DNA of 62,730 bases, the filler included, from Nemertoderma westbladi (lineage: Eukaryota > Animalia > Xenacoelomorpha): the NCBI GenBank assembly GCA_032718475.1. It is 3 parts of 3 records of this genome, joined end to end, with 100 filler letters (N's around TTAATTAATTAA, not from the genome) between each part and the next. Parts side by side here need not be neighbours in the genome. Positions count along the whole stretch, not along the records: positions 1 to 28,145 come from JAUCBJ010005382.1; 2 more parts are not named here. One strand, given 5' to 3'. The notes beneath the pieces are model-generated. The model did not search any database and had not been told where the DNA came from. It saw only the letters and a list, made by a program, of their open reading frames with translations. Every line of letters begins with the position of its first letter. The stretch's first letter is position 1. Position numbers and translations under genes: made by a program. Of this stretch, positions 11,206 to 26,609 are shown one piece after another.

Positions 11206-12875
11206 TTACATCCCGACCTGGAGGGTAATAAGCCAACATAATATAAAAGACCGGGAACTCAATGATTCATTTGAATAAGCGATCTTGTAAGAAACATTTA
11301 AATTGGTGTTAATCGCCGCTGTCAGGCCTGCGCTAGGCCGCCCGTGTTGCCGTTTAATGCAGTCTACGTTATAACACCTAAACCCCAGGAGAGTTGCCTC
11401 CTCGGAAAAAGTTTCCGAAAGCAAGAGAATATCAGTGTCCATGAAGGTGTCGTCGGTTGTTGTACCTAAGGTTGATAGCAGACCTTCCACATTCCATGCA
11501 ATTATCTTCAAAGAGTTATTGCACAACATCGGACGCTCAGAATAAGTTGGGATTCTGAATGGTAATTCATTTAGGAGATATTGGGCTTCCGCCGCCCTGT
11601 ATCTGGAACACCTCTCTCGATGTGCTTTGAGTAACTGGCAAGGTAACGATATGCTTTTCCACAACCGCTACATCATCTGGATTTAGCACATATCACAGGA
11701 GCTGCCGGTAGGGCTGGAACCGCCATCAGGAAGGTGGTAGTCGAATCAGGAACCACCGGAAGGGCGGGAGCCGTTTCAGGAACTGTAGGGAACAAGTATC
11801 GGGATTGCGGACTGCATGACATGACAACGGGGGAGGAGGAGGATGGCACGGTATAGCTCATGGCCGCGGGTCAGATTTTAACAGACCCTAAGGGCCGGCC
11901 TGCCAAACGAGGTTTGAGACCGAAGGTGGCCGTTCAACGTTGGTTAGCCGATAATTTCTGATGACACAGCCGGATTCCCAATTCGAGGGGTCCATCACAC
12001 ATTCACGGTCGTCTTGAGAGCAAACTATGTGAAAAGAGCTGGTTGTGTTCTCAGTCTCATCGTTTGCGGTTGAATCAACCGGAATAGCCAAAGGCGATTA
12101 TGTCCCTAAAAGGTAGTTCCTCGCGCTGCATAAACTGCTTGATATTGTCTGCCGTGACAGATTGCTCGAAACGGCCGATATAGATGTGGGCCAGTCGTTC
12201 TGGCCATGTGATTGGGCCTTCCTGAGTGGTTTTCTGGGCAACAGCAAGCCCAGTACCGGACTTCGTGCCGCGGGTCGGCGGTTGACGCCTAGCGGGTATG
12301 GCATGAAAGGGCTGAGTTGAGGATAGAGATGGCCCTTGGTTCATCAACGCAGCATGCGACCTGTTACTGGGAGGGTTACCCGCTCTGCGGACCAAGTTCT
12401 GGTGTAGCTGGGGGATTGAGGACTCGGCCTCGGGTGGACTGCGACTAGATGTGTTGGTGTGGGCCAATGCCGAGTTGAATAAGATGAGATCGTGAGGGAT
12501 GAACCTGTTCAGAAGCTGGACGTTGAAATGCTGTAACCGCTTGACTGTAAGAATTTCGGGGTTGTCTTGTGCGGGCGGCATCCAATTCTGAAACTTCCTT
12601 TTTCGCTTTTTAAGGTTTCCTGCCGTGAACGTGCTAAATCCGCGTTTGCCACCGACAAAGAACCTAGGGTGTTTATAAAGATGTTGTTTAACTTCAATAT
12701 TCGATCGGAGAATTGGCGTTCTTCCTCGTTCAACACACTTTTTTCTGTTTAAAGAGTTTAATGAAGTCGAGCAACTCGCTCGTACCCTCTGTGAAGTCGG
12801 CCGCCGTAGCCATGTTAGAATTTTCTGTTTAGAAGCTCTGAAGATTAAAACATATCCGTGTAAAGCACAATGCAC
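11206..12875 (-). mobile_element. Decayed non-LTR retrotransposon 5' half: ORF1 plus start of the ORF2 APE endonuclease
   Basis: ORF1-like motifs HIYIGRFEQSVTADNIKQF...SFHIVC...MDPSNWESGCVIRNY (frameshifted) are followed by APE motifs KIIAWNVEGL...DILLLSETF...GRPSAGL. Confidence 0.8.
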
Positions 12876-12959
12876 CGAGTTAATGGTCCGAGATCAACTA
12901 AATATTGAATTACTGAATTACAAAAGAATCAATAAAGTGCATCTCTGCAATAATTATGG

Positions 12960-15900
12960 CGTTGTTTGGCAATACACCCTATCTCAAAATTAAAAAAAAA
13001 AATTTTATTTGACCAATTGGGGTAACTTGACACGCTCTTTTCAATGAAACTAAGAAAAGTGGGGTGTTCCTTTCACGAAATCGGACTTTTTCAATCTTAG
13101 AACACCCCATGGCAGCATCTTAAATCAACAGCTTCGAGGCAAAACACCCCATAACTAAATTCGACCATATAGGGTGCTTTGCCTTGTTAACTCTGTCGAC
13201 CAAATAACCCTATCCTTGAGTTTGGGTTTTTTGCCTTGCGCTTTACTTTTAAGCCAATCAATTAGTTAAGGAATTGACCAATCAGAAGTAATATCCTTTG
13301 TCATTTAATAATATTTATTTACACTACTGAAAGGTAACTCTGTCTGGCGGGTAATTAATTTTAGTTATTTTAATTTGACCTGGCGCTAATTAATTTACCC
13401 TATCTAGTTTTATTGATTTTTGTTAGGAATTTACTCTTTATTACAACCAACAATGTACTTAACTTAACAGTCTTGTAAGTTTTAAGGGGAAATGGAGTTT
13501 GACAATAATGACGAGGAAGAGAATCTGGATACGTTTTTTGGATTTGTTATTACATCAGAAGGAGAATAGGAACTGGGACAAATGGAGGAGTTGGACGCGG
13601 GCCTGGGATGGATGATGTAGTGTTAGGTACTGGGGAAGCGGAAGGTGAAGATGATGGAGCTCTTGTTGGAACTAGGGGGAGGTAGAATGGTTGTTGGAAC
13701 TGGGTAAGGTGGAATGGTTGTTGGAACTGGGTAAGGTGGAATGGTTGTTGGAACTGGGAAAGGTGGAATGGTTGTTCGAACTGGGGAAGGTGGAATGGTT
13801 GTTGGAACTGGGGAAGGTGGAATGGTTGTTGGAACTGGGGAAGGTGGAATGGTTGTTGGAACTGGGGAAGGTGGAATGGTTGTTGGAACTAGGGAAGGTG
13901 GAGTGGTTGTTGGAACTGGGGAAGGTGGAGTGGTTGTTGGAACTGGGGAAGGTGGAATGGTTGTTGGAACTGGGGAAGGTGGAATGGTTGTTGGAACTGG
14001 GGAAGGTGGAATGGTTGCTGGAACTGGGGAAGGTGGAATGGTTGTTGGAACTGGGGATGGTGGAATGGTTGTTGGAACTGGGGAAGGTGGAATGGTTGCT
14101 GGAATTGGGGAAGGTGGAGTGGTTGTTGGAATTGGGGAAGGTGGAATGGTTGTTGGAACTGGGGATGGTGGAATGGTTGTTGGAACTGGGGAAGGTGGAG
14201 TGGTTGTTGGAATTGGGGAAGGTGGAATGGTTGTTGGAACTGGGGAAGGTAGAATGGTTGTTGGAACTGGGGAAAGTTGAATGGTTGTTGGAACTGGGGA
14301 AGGTGGAATGGTTGTTGGAACTGGGGAAAGTTGAATGGTTGTTGGAACTGGGGAAGGTGGAATAGTTGTTGGAACTGGGGAAAATGGAATGGTTGTTGGA
14401 ACTGGGGAAGGTGGAATGGTTGTTGGAACTGGGGAAGGAGGAGATGTGGTTGGAACTGGGGAAGGTGGAATGGTTGTTGGAACTGGGGAAGGTGGAATGG
14501 TTGTTGGAACTGGGGAAAGTGGAATGGTTGTTGGAACTGGGGAAGGTGGAATGGTTGTTGGAACTGGGGAAGGTGGAATGGTTGTTGGAACTGGGGAAAG
14601 TTGAATGGTTGTTGGAACTGGGGAAGGTGGAATGGTTGTTGGAACTGGGGGTGGTGGAATGGTTGCTGGAACTGGGGAAGGTGGAATGGTTGTTGGAACT
14701 GGGGAAGGTGGAGTGGTTGTTGGAACTAGGGAAGGTGGAATGGTTGTTGGAACTGGGGAAGGTGGAATGGTTGTTGGAACTGGGGAAGGTGGAGTGGTTG
14801 TTGGAACTAGGGAAGGTGGAATGGTTGTTGGAACTGGGGAAAGTTGAATGGTTGTTGGAACTGGGGAAGGTGGAGTGGTTGTTGGAACTAGGGAAGGTGG
14901 AATGGTTGCTGGAACGGGGGATGGTGGAGTGGTTGTTGGAACTGGGGAAGGTGGAATGGTTGCTGGAACGGGGGATGGTGGATTGGTTGCTGGAACTGGG
15001 GAAAGTGGAATGGTTGTTGGAACTGGGGAAGGTGGAATGGTTGTTGGAACTGGGGAAAGTGGATTGGTTGTTGGAACTGGGGAAGGTGGAATGGTTGTTG
15101 GAACTGGGGAAGGTGGAATGGTTGTTGGAACTGGAGAAGGTGGAATGGTTGTTGGAACTGGGGAAGGTGGAATGGTTGTTGGAACTGGGGAAGGTGGAGT
15201 GGTTGTTGGAACTGGGGAAGGTGGAATGGTTGTTGGAACTGGGGAAAGTGGACTGGTTGTTGGAACTGGGGAAGGTGGAATGGTTGTTGGAATTGGGGAA
15301 GGTGGAGAGGTTGTTGGAATTGGGGAAGGTGGAATGGTTGTTGGAACTGGGGATGGTGGAATGGTTGTTGGAACTGGGGAAGGTGGAGTGGTTGTTGGAA
15401 TTGGGGAAGGTGGAATGGTTGTTGGAACTGGGGATGGTGGAATGGTTGTTGGAACTGGGGAAGCTGGAATGGTTGCTGGAATTGGGGAAGGTGGAGTGGT
15501 TGTTGGAATTGGGGAAGGTGGAATGGTTGTTGGAACTGGGGATGGTGGAATGGTTGTTGGAACTGGGGAAGGTGGAGTGGTTGTTGGAATTGGGGAAGGT
15601 GAAATGGTTGTTGGAACTGGGGAAGGTGGAATGGTTGCTGGAACTGGGGAAGGTGGAATGGTTGTTGGAACTGGGGAAGGTGGAATGGTTGTTGGAACTG
15701 GGGAAGGTGGAATGGTTGTTGGAACTGGGGAAAGTTGAATGGTTGTTGGAACTGGGGAAGGTGGAGTGGTTGTTGGAACTAGGGAAGGTGGAATGGTTGC
15801 TGGAACGGGGGATGGTGGAGTGGTTGTTGGAACTGGGGAAGGTGGAATGGTTGCTGGAACGGGGGATGGTGGATTGGTTGCTGGAACTGGGGAAAGTGGA

Positions 15901-18900
15901 ATGGTTGTTGGAACTGGGGAAGGTGGAATGGTTGTTGGAACTGGGGAAAGTGGATTGGTTGTTGGAACTGGGGAAGGTGGAATGGTTGTTGGAACTGGGG
16001 AAGGTGGAATGGTTGTTGGAACTGGAGAAGGTGGAATGGTTGTTGGAACTGGGGAAGGTGGAATGGTTGTTGGAACTGGGGAAGGTGGAGTGGTTGTTGG
16101 AACTGGGGAAGGTGGAATGGTTGTTGGAACTGGGGAAAGTGGACTGGTTGTTGGAACTGGGGAAGGTGGAATGGTTGTTGGAATTGGGGAAGGTGGAGTG
16201 GTTGTTGGAATTGGGGAAGGTGGAATGGTTGTTGGAACTGGGGATGGTGGAATGGTTGTTGGAACTGGGGAAGGTGGAGTGGTTGTTGGAATTGGGGAAG
16301 GTGGAATGGTTGTTGGAACTGGGGATGGTGGAATGGTTGTTGGAACTGGGGAAGGTGGAATGGTTGCTGGAATTGGGGAAGGTGGAGTGGTTGTTGGAAT
16401 TGGGGAAGGTGGAATGGTTGTTGGAACTGGGGATGGTGGAATGGTTGTTGGAACTGGGGAAGGTGGAGTGGTTGTTGGAATTGGGGAAGGTGGAATGGTT
16501 GTTGGAACTGGGGAAGGTGGAATGGTTGCTGGAACTGGGGAAGGTGGAATGGTTGTTGGAACTGGGGAAGGTGGAATGGTTGTTGGAACTGGGGAAGGTG
16601 GAATGGTTGCTGGAATTGGGGAAGGTGGAATGGTTGTTGGAACTGGGGAAAGTGGAATGGTTGTTGGAACTGGGGAAGGTGGAATGGTTGCTGGAACTGG
16701 GGAAGGTAGAGTGGTTGTTGGAACTGGGGAAGGTGGAATGGTTGTTGGAACTGGGGAAGGTGGAATGGTTGTTGGAACTGGGGAAGGTGGAATAGTTGTT
16801 GGAACTGGGGAAAGGGGAATGGTTGTTGGAACTGGGGAAGGTGGAATGGTTGTTGGAACTGGGAAAGGAGGAGATGTGGTTGGAACTGGGGAAGGTGGAA
16901 TGGTTGTTGGAACTGGGGAAGGTGGAATGGTTGTTGGAACTGGGGAAAGTGGAATGGTTGTTGGAACTGGGGAAGGTGGAATGGTTGTTGGAACTGGGGA
17001 AGGTGGAATGGTTGTTGGAACTGGGGAAAGTTGAATGGTTGTTGGAACTGGGGAAGGTGGAATGGTTGTTGGAACTGGGGAAAGTTGAATGGTTGTTGGA
17101 ACTGGGGAAGATGGAATGGTTGTTGGAACTGGGGAAGGAGGAGTGGTTGTTGGAACTGGGGAAAGTGGAATGGTTGTTGGAACTGGGGAAGGAGGAGATG
17201 TGGTTGGAACTGGGGAAGGTGGAATGGTTGTTGGAACTGGGGAAGGTGGAATGGTTGTTGGAACTGGGGAAGGAGGAGATGTGGTTGGAACTGGGGAAGG
17301 TGGAATGGTTGTTGGAACTGGGGAAGGTGGAATGGTTGTTGGAACTGGGGAAGGAGGAGATGTGGTTGGAACTGGGGAAGGTGGAATGGTTGTTGGAACT
17401 GGGGAAGGTGGAATGGTTGTTGGAACTGGGGAAAGTGGAATGGTTGTTGGAACTGGTGAAGGTGGAATGGTTGTTGGAACTGGGGAAGGTGGAATGGTTG
17501 TTGGAACTGGGGAAAGTTGAATGGTTGTTGGAACTGGGGAAGGTGGAATGGTTGTTGGAACTGGGGAAAGTGGAATGGTTGTTGGAACTGGGGAAGGAGG
17601 AGATGTGGTTGGAACTGGGGAAGGTGGAATGATTGTTGGAACTGGGGAAGGTGGAATGGTTGTTGGAACTGGGGAAGGTGGAATGGTTGTTGGAACTGGG
17701 GAAAGTGGAATGGTTGTTGGAACTGGGGAAGGAGGAGATGTGGTTGGAACTGGGGAAGGTGGAATGGTTGTTGGAACTGGGGAAGGTGGAATGGTTGTTG
17801 GAACTGGGGAAGGAGGAGATGTGGTTGGAACTGGGGAAGGTGGAATGGTTGTTGGAACTGGGGAAGGTGGAATGGTTGTTGGAACTGGGGAAAGTGGAAT
17901 GGTTGTTGGAACTGGTGAAGGTGGAATGGTTGTTGGAACTGGGGAAGGTGGAATGGTTGTTGGAACTGGGGAAAGTTGAATGGTTGTTGGAACTGGGGAA
18001 GGTGGAATGGTTGTTGGAACTGGGGAAAGTTGAATGGTTGTTGGAACTGGGGAAGATGGAATGGTTGTTGGAACTGGGGAAGGAGGAGATGTGGTTGGAA
18101 CTGGGGAAGGTGGAATGGTTGTTGGAACTGGGGAAAGTTGAATGGTTGTTGGAACTGGGGAAGGTGGAATGGTTGTTGGAACTGGGGAAAGTGGAATGGT
18201 TGTTGGAACTGGGGAAAGTTGAATGGTTGTTGGAACTGGGGAAGATGGAATGGTTGTTGGAACTGGGGAAGGAGGAGATGTGGTTGGAACTGGGGAAGGT
18301 GGAATGGTTGTTGGAACTGGGGAAGGTGGAATGGTTGTTGGAACTGGGGAAGGTGGAATGGTTGTTGGAACTGGGGAAAGTGGAATGGTTGTTGGAACTG
18401 GGGAAGGAGGAGATGTGGTTGGAACTGGGGAAGGTGGAATGGTTGTTGGAACTGGGGAAGGTGGAATGGTTGTTGGAACTGGGGAAGGAGGAGATGTGGT
18501 TGGAACTGGGGAAAGTGGAATGGTTGCTGGAACTGGGGAAGGTGGAATGGTTGTTGGAACTGGGGAAGGTGGAATGGTTGTTGGAACTGGGGAAGGAGGA
18601 GATGTGGTTGGAACTGGGGAAGGTGGAATGGTTGTTGGAACTGGGGAAGGTGGAATGGTTGTTGGAACTGGGGAAGGTGGAATGGTTGTTGGAACTGGGG
18701 AAAGTGGAATGGTTGTTGGAACTGGGGAAGGAGGAGATGTGGTTGGAACTGGGGAAGGTGGAATGGTTGTTGGAACTGGGGAAGGTGGAATGGTTGTTGG
18801 AACTGGGGAAGGAGGAGATGTGGTTGGAACTGGGGAAGGTGGAATGGTTGTTGGAACTGGGGAAGGTGGAATGGTTGTTGGAACTGGGGAAAGTGGAATG

Positions 18901-21142
18901 GTTGTTGGAACTGGTGAAGGTGGAATGGTTGTTGGAACTGGGGAAGGTGAAATGGTTGTTGGAACTGGGGAAAGTTGAATGGTTGTTGGAACTGGGGAAA
19001 GTTGAATGGTTGTTGGAACTGGGGAAAGTGGAATGGTTGTTGGAATTGGGGAAGGTGGAATGGTTGTTGGAACTGGGGATGGTGGAATGGTTGCTGGAAC
19101 TGGGGAAGGTGGAATGGTTGTTGGAACTGGGGAAGGTGGAGTGGTTGTTGGAACTAGGGAAGGTGGAGTGGTTGTTGGAACTGGGGATGGTGGAATGGTT
19201 GTTGGAACTGGGGATGGTGGAATGGTTGCTGGAACTGGGGAAGGTGGAGTGGTTGTTGGAACTAGGGAAGGTGGAGTGGTTGTTGGAACTGGGGATGGTG
19301 GAATGGTTGTTGGAACTGGGGATGGTGGAATGGTTGCTGGAACTGGGGAAGGTGGAATGGTTGTTGGAGCTGGGGATGGTGGAATGGTTGCTGGAACTGG
19401 GGAAAGTGGAATGGTTGTTGGAACCATGGAAAGTGGAATGGTTGCTGGAACTGGGGAAGGTGGAATGGTTGTTGGAACTGGGGAGGGTGGAATGGTTGTT
19501 GGAACTGGGGATGGTGGAATGGTTGTTGGAACTGGGGATGGGGGAATGGTTGCTGGAACTGGGGAAGGTGGAATGGTTGTTGGAGCTGGGGATGGTGGAG
19601 TGGTTGCTGGAACTGGGGAAAGTGGAATGGTTGTTGGAACTGGGGAAGGTGGAATGGTTGCTGGAACTGGGGAAGGTGGAATGGTTGTTGGAACTGGGGA
19701 TGGTGGAATGGTTGTTGGAACTGGGGAAGGTGGAATAGTTGTTGGAACTGGGGAAGGTGGAATGGTTGTTGGAACTGGGGAAAGTGGAATGGTTGTTGGA
19801 ACTGGGGAAGGTGGAATGGTTGTTGGAACTGGGGAAGGTGGAATGGTTGTTGGAACTGGGGAAGGTGGAATGGTTGTTGGAACTGAGGAAGGTGGAATAG
19901 TTGTTAGAACTGGGGAAGGTGGAATGGTTGTTGGAACTGGGGAAAGTGGAATGGTTGTTGGAACTGGGGAAGGTGGAATGGTTGTTGGAACTGGGGAAGG
20001 TGGAATGGTTGTTGGAACTGGGGAAGGTGGAATGGTTGCTGGAACTGGGGAAGGTGGAATGGTTGCTGGAACTGGGGAAGGTGGAATGGTTGTTGGAACT
20101 GGGGATGGTGGAATGGTTGTTGGAACTGGGGAAGGTGGAATAGTTGTTGGAACTGGGGGAGGTGGAATGGTTGTTGGAACTGGGGAAAGTGGAATGGTTG
20201 TTGGAACTGGGGAAGGTGGAATGGTTGTTGGAACTGGGGATGGTGGAATGGTTGCTGGAATAGGGGAAGGTGGAGTGGTTGTTGGAACTGGGGAAGGTGG
20301 AATAGTTGTTGGAACTGGGGGAGGTGGAATGGTTGTTGGAACTGGGGAAAGTGGAATGGTTGTTGGAACTGGGGAAGGTGGAATGGTTGTTGGAACTGGG
20401 GATGGTGGAATGGTTGCTGGAATAGGGGAAGGTGGAGTGGTTGTTGGAACTGGGGATGGTGGAGTGGTTGTTGGAACTGGGGAAGGTGGAATAGTTGTTG
20501 GAACTGGGGAAGGTGGAATGGTTGTTGGAACTGGGGAAGGTGGAATGGTTGTTGGAACTGGGGAAGGTGGAATGGTTGTTGGAACTGGGGAAGGTGGAAT
20601 GGTTGTTGGAACTGGGGAAGGTGGAATGGTTGTTTGAACTGGGGAAGGTGGAATGGTTGTTGGAACTGGGGAAGGTGGAATGGTTGTTGGAACTGGGGAA
20701 GGTGGAATGGTTGTTGGAACTGGGGAAGGTGGAATGGTTGTTGGAACTGGGGATGGAGGAATGGTTGCTGGAACTGGGGAAGGTGGAATGGTTGTTGGAA
20801 CTGGGGAAGGTGGAATGGTTGTTGGAACTGGGGAAGGTGGAATGGTTGTTGGAACTGGGGATGGTGGAATGGTTGTTGGTACTGGGGAAAGTGGAATGTT
20901 TGTTGGAACTGGGGATGGTGGAATGGTTGCTGGAACTGGGGAAGGTGGAGTGGTTGTTGGAACTCTGGGGAAGGTGGAATGGTTGTTGGAACTGGGGAAG
21001 GTGGAATGGTTGTTGGAACTGGGGAAGGTGGAATGGTTGTTGGAACTGGGGAAAGTGGAATGGTTGTTGGAACTGGGGAAGGTGGAATGGTTGTTGGAAC
21101 TGGGGGAAGGTGGAATGGTTGTTGGTGTATTGCCAAACAACG
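12960..21142. mobile_element. TIR-bounded element (19-bp perfect inverted repeats) filled by the 27-bp satellite
   Basis: cgttgtttggcaatacacc (12960-12978) is the exact reverse complement of ggtgtattgccaaacaacg (21124-21142). The array ends immediately at the right repeat. No clear TSD was identified. Confidence 0.6.
13685..21123. repeat. 27-bp satellite (ggaaggtggaatggttgttggaactgg), ~275 copies, with higher-order blocks
   Basis: Direct periodicity. An 891-bp (33-unit) block is duplicated at 14848 and 15739. The array is the source of all IPPSPVPTT / GMVVGTGEG / LLELGKVEW ORFs. Confidence 0.97.
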
Positions 21143-21609
21143 GCAGAATTGCGGTAGGCCTAGTTCAGTCGTTCTAGGCGAGACTATATTAATAGTGTAG
21201 TATGTGGCAGCATGGCCTTGCTGTCATTTAGTACTGTAGTACCTAAATTTAAAAATTTATTATCTAAAATTTAAAAACCAAATACTTAAATATGTTATTA
21301 AGTTAATAAAATTAGTGTTTCATTATTATTTAGTACAACAAGGATATTATTAGAAATATTATAATTATATTAATATGAATTGCAATGTGAACTTTTTCAT
21401 TTTAAACAAACAAAATAGGGAAACCAAAAATGGTACTGTCAGGTATCAACAGTGCGGAAATAAAATAATAATCTCCAGAGGATCATTACGATCACTCTTA
21501 TAAACTGCACACAATTCAAATAATATACAAAATTATGAGATATTTGGTAGATATTTATGTAACGAAATGTTGCACCAATTACAGCTGCTGTATTACTGAA
21601 CTGCGGTAG

Positions 21610-24248
<2,639 letters not shown>

Positions 24249-24459
24249 ATTGTTTACTTCAGTACTTGAACTCCTATCGATAATCGACAATCGTCGGAAG
24301 AGGAGTTGAAAACAAAACCAGCGGGGTAATTATTAGGCTACTGTATTTTGGTATTACTGTATTACAGTACTGCAGTATTAGGCCTAGATTGTTTGGATAC
24401 CACCGACCATACGGCCTTAACTACCGTAGTTTTCACTTCAGAACTTGGGAACAAGTGAA

Positions 24460-26070
24460 ACCGCACCCTGGTTAAAACAGTAAAATGTACCCGAACAAAA
24501 ACGTACCCTGGTTAAAACAGTAAAACGTAACGTACCCGAACAAAAAACGTGTGGCTAAGTCACACGAATAGTTCCCAAAAGGCACTTTGGCATTTGGGCA
24601 TTTTTTTCAGGCTGCCAGGTACCTAAATAACTGCATCCAGCGTAAATGCCAAAATGCTTTAGTGCTTTTGGGGAATTGTAGTATAAATCCTTAAGAGTTC
24701 CCTAAATGCACTTTGGCATTCTGGCATTTAATTGTAAATCATTATTAGTGATGATATTACTACATTACACAGTACGCCTAAGTGTCTGAGTGTGCATAGC
24801 ATAGTACATGTAGTAGGCCTAAGCATAGTTCACGTAGTTTAGTTCCCCATCTCGGTAGGTGTACTATTAAATTAAATTAAAGCATAGTATTAGCTTGATT
24901 GGACATGCTTAAATATGAAATGAATTACACCGCACAATTGTAGGTCATATTACCTATTTAATGTAAATCTTTTATAAAAAAGTTTTTATAAAACGTTCCA
25001 GATTATAATATGAAACTGTCAATACGGTATTACATTTGTATTATATACAATAATATTGTCGCTCCATTCATTTAAATTATGTTTATTCCTTTATTATTAC
25101 GTCACGTGAATGTGAAGTAAACAAAATTGCACCCTAACACCCCGTACAGCCGTATGAGTAATTTCAATGAAATGAAATGTAATATAGGTAGATTTTGAGA
25201 GTCAGGATCAGGGAAGGGAAACGGAAAGGCAGGCTAGCTAATTAGCAGAGCTGGAAGACGCTAGTGCTATCCACCGTATTCCGCATGACAGCCTTACAGC
25301 ATGATGTGGGGGAGGCACTAATCAGACACAGACTCAGTCAATCGTCAATGACTGAATGAGACGGGGGGGGGGGGGGGGGGGTGGTGAGAACTGAACGCAA
25401 ATCCCATCTTGGCGAATTAATATCCCGCCTCAATGTTAAATTCTCAATTTATAGGGAAAGGAGCAGGAGCAGGTTACAGTGGCACGTTATTCTAACCAAA
25501 ACAATAAACTAAACACAATAGAACAGGATACAGTTTTATTTTTGAGAGTAATCCAGCTGTTATTTGCGTCGAATTTCCCCTGGAGAGCGATTAATTTGTA
25601 TTGCGTCGAGCGAATGAATATTAATACTATGTTGAACTACAATAACTAGGCCTAAGTAATACTTTATCAATTAAATATTATTGTATGTTATGGAGTAGGC
25701 CTACATTACTGCATTATAGGTCCTACACACTTTACACTTTATACAGTAAAGTGTTCTTAAAAAAGGATAAATTTCTTTAGGCCAACCCGGATCTCAGCGA
25801 ATAATGAATGATAAATTTCAACTAAATGCCAAAGTGCAGAAGTGCCTTTAGGGAACTCTTTAGGGAACAAAAACGTACCCTGGTTAAAACAGTAAAACGT
25901 ACCCGAACAAAAACGTACTCTGGTTAAAACAGGAAAACGTACCCGAACAAAAACGTACCTTGGTTAAAACAGTAAAACGTACCCGAACAAAAACGTACCC
26001 TGCCTGCCTGCAGCCCTGGTTAAAACGTAGGCTACCCGAACAAAAACAGAAAAACGTAGGCCTACCCGAA
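24460..26070. repeat. ~41-bp tandem repeat (aaaacgtaccctggttaaaacagtaaaacgtacccgaacaa) in two blocks, 24460-24550 and 25866-26070, separated by inserted DNA
   Basis: The same unit is visible on both sides of the Harbinger-like insertion. Confidence 0.75.
24694..25859. mobile_element. Non-autonomous PIF/Harbinger-like element
   Basis: TIRs agagttccctaaa...gcactttggcatt and aatgccaaagtgc...tttagggaactct, with a 3-bp TTA duplication at 24691-24693 and 25860-25862 (a TWA TSD is typical of PIF/Harbinger). Confidence 0.7.
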
Positions 26071-26609
26071 TACTGGGTACGCTTTAACAATGACAGAATG
26101 ATGAATTGGGCAGTTGGGTACGTTTTGGTCTGTTGGTAGTACAAAAATAAAAAGCAAATATAAACTGTAACCTGTGCTATTGACAGATTGACTCTCGTTT
26201 ATTGTTTTGGTTAGGCCTGGCCTAGATAATTCGGGGTTAAACTTTCCCACGTATGTCTGTATGTCGTACTTCTGTACTTATCCACGTACAGACGTACCGT
26301 ACTGCCGTATGTGCGTAGGCCTACCGTACATGGTACATCTGTACATCAGTACGTACATGGTTGCATGGTACATATCCACGAATTCATTGTTAGTATCTGT
26401 AGTATAATCGCAATCGGCGGTGGTTTCAGGTCTGGTCCCTGACTGCCTGACGCCGTAGTCCGTAGATGCTGAGATGGTAGATACCATTACTGCATTAGCC
26501 TGTTAGCTGATCAGAACTGGAGAATAACTGAATAGAGAACCATACAGCCATAGCAGCCTAGATGCTAGGCCTATATCAGTATATTGCTGTATACCTGTAT
26601 TGCAGTCTG

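Noticed and set aside
13623-21140. 2505-aa Pro/Thr/Ser mucin-like ORF
   Set aside because: It is the 27-bp satellite read on the minus strand. None of the consensus codons (CCA GTT CCA ACA ACC ATT CCA CCT TCC) is one substitution from a stop, so an open frame is expected without selection. The start is a TTG inside the inverted repeat, and there is no signal peptide or flanking domain. Not fully excluded without RNA data.
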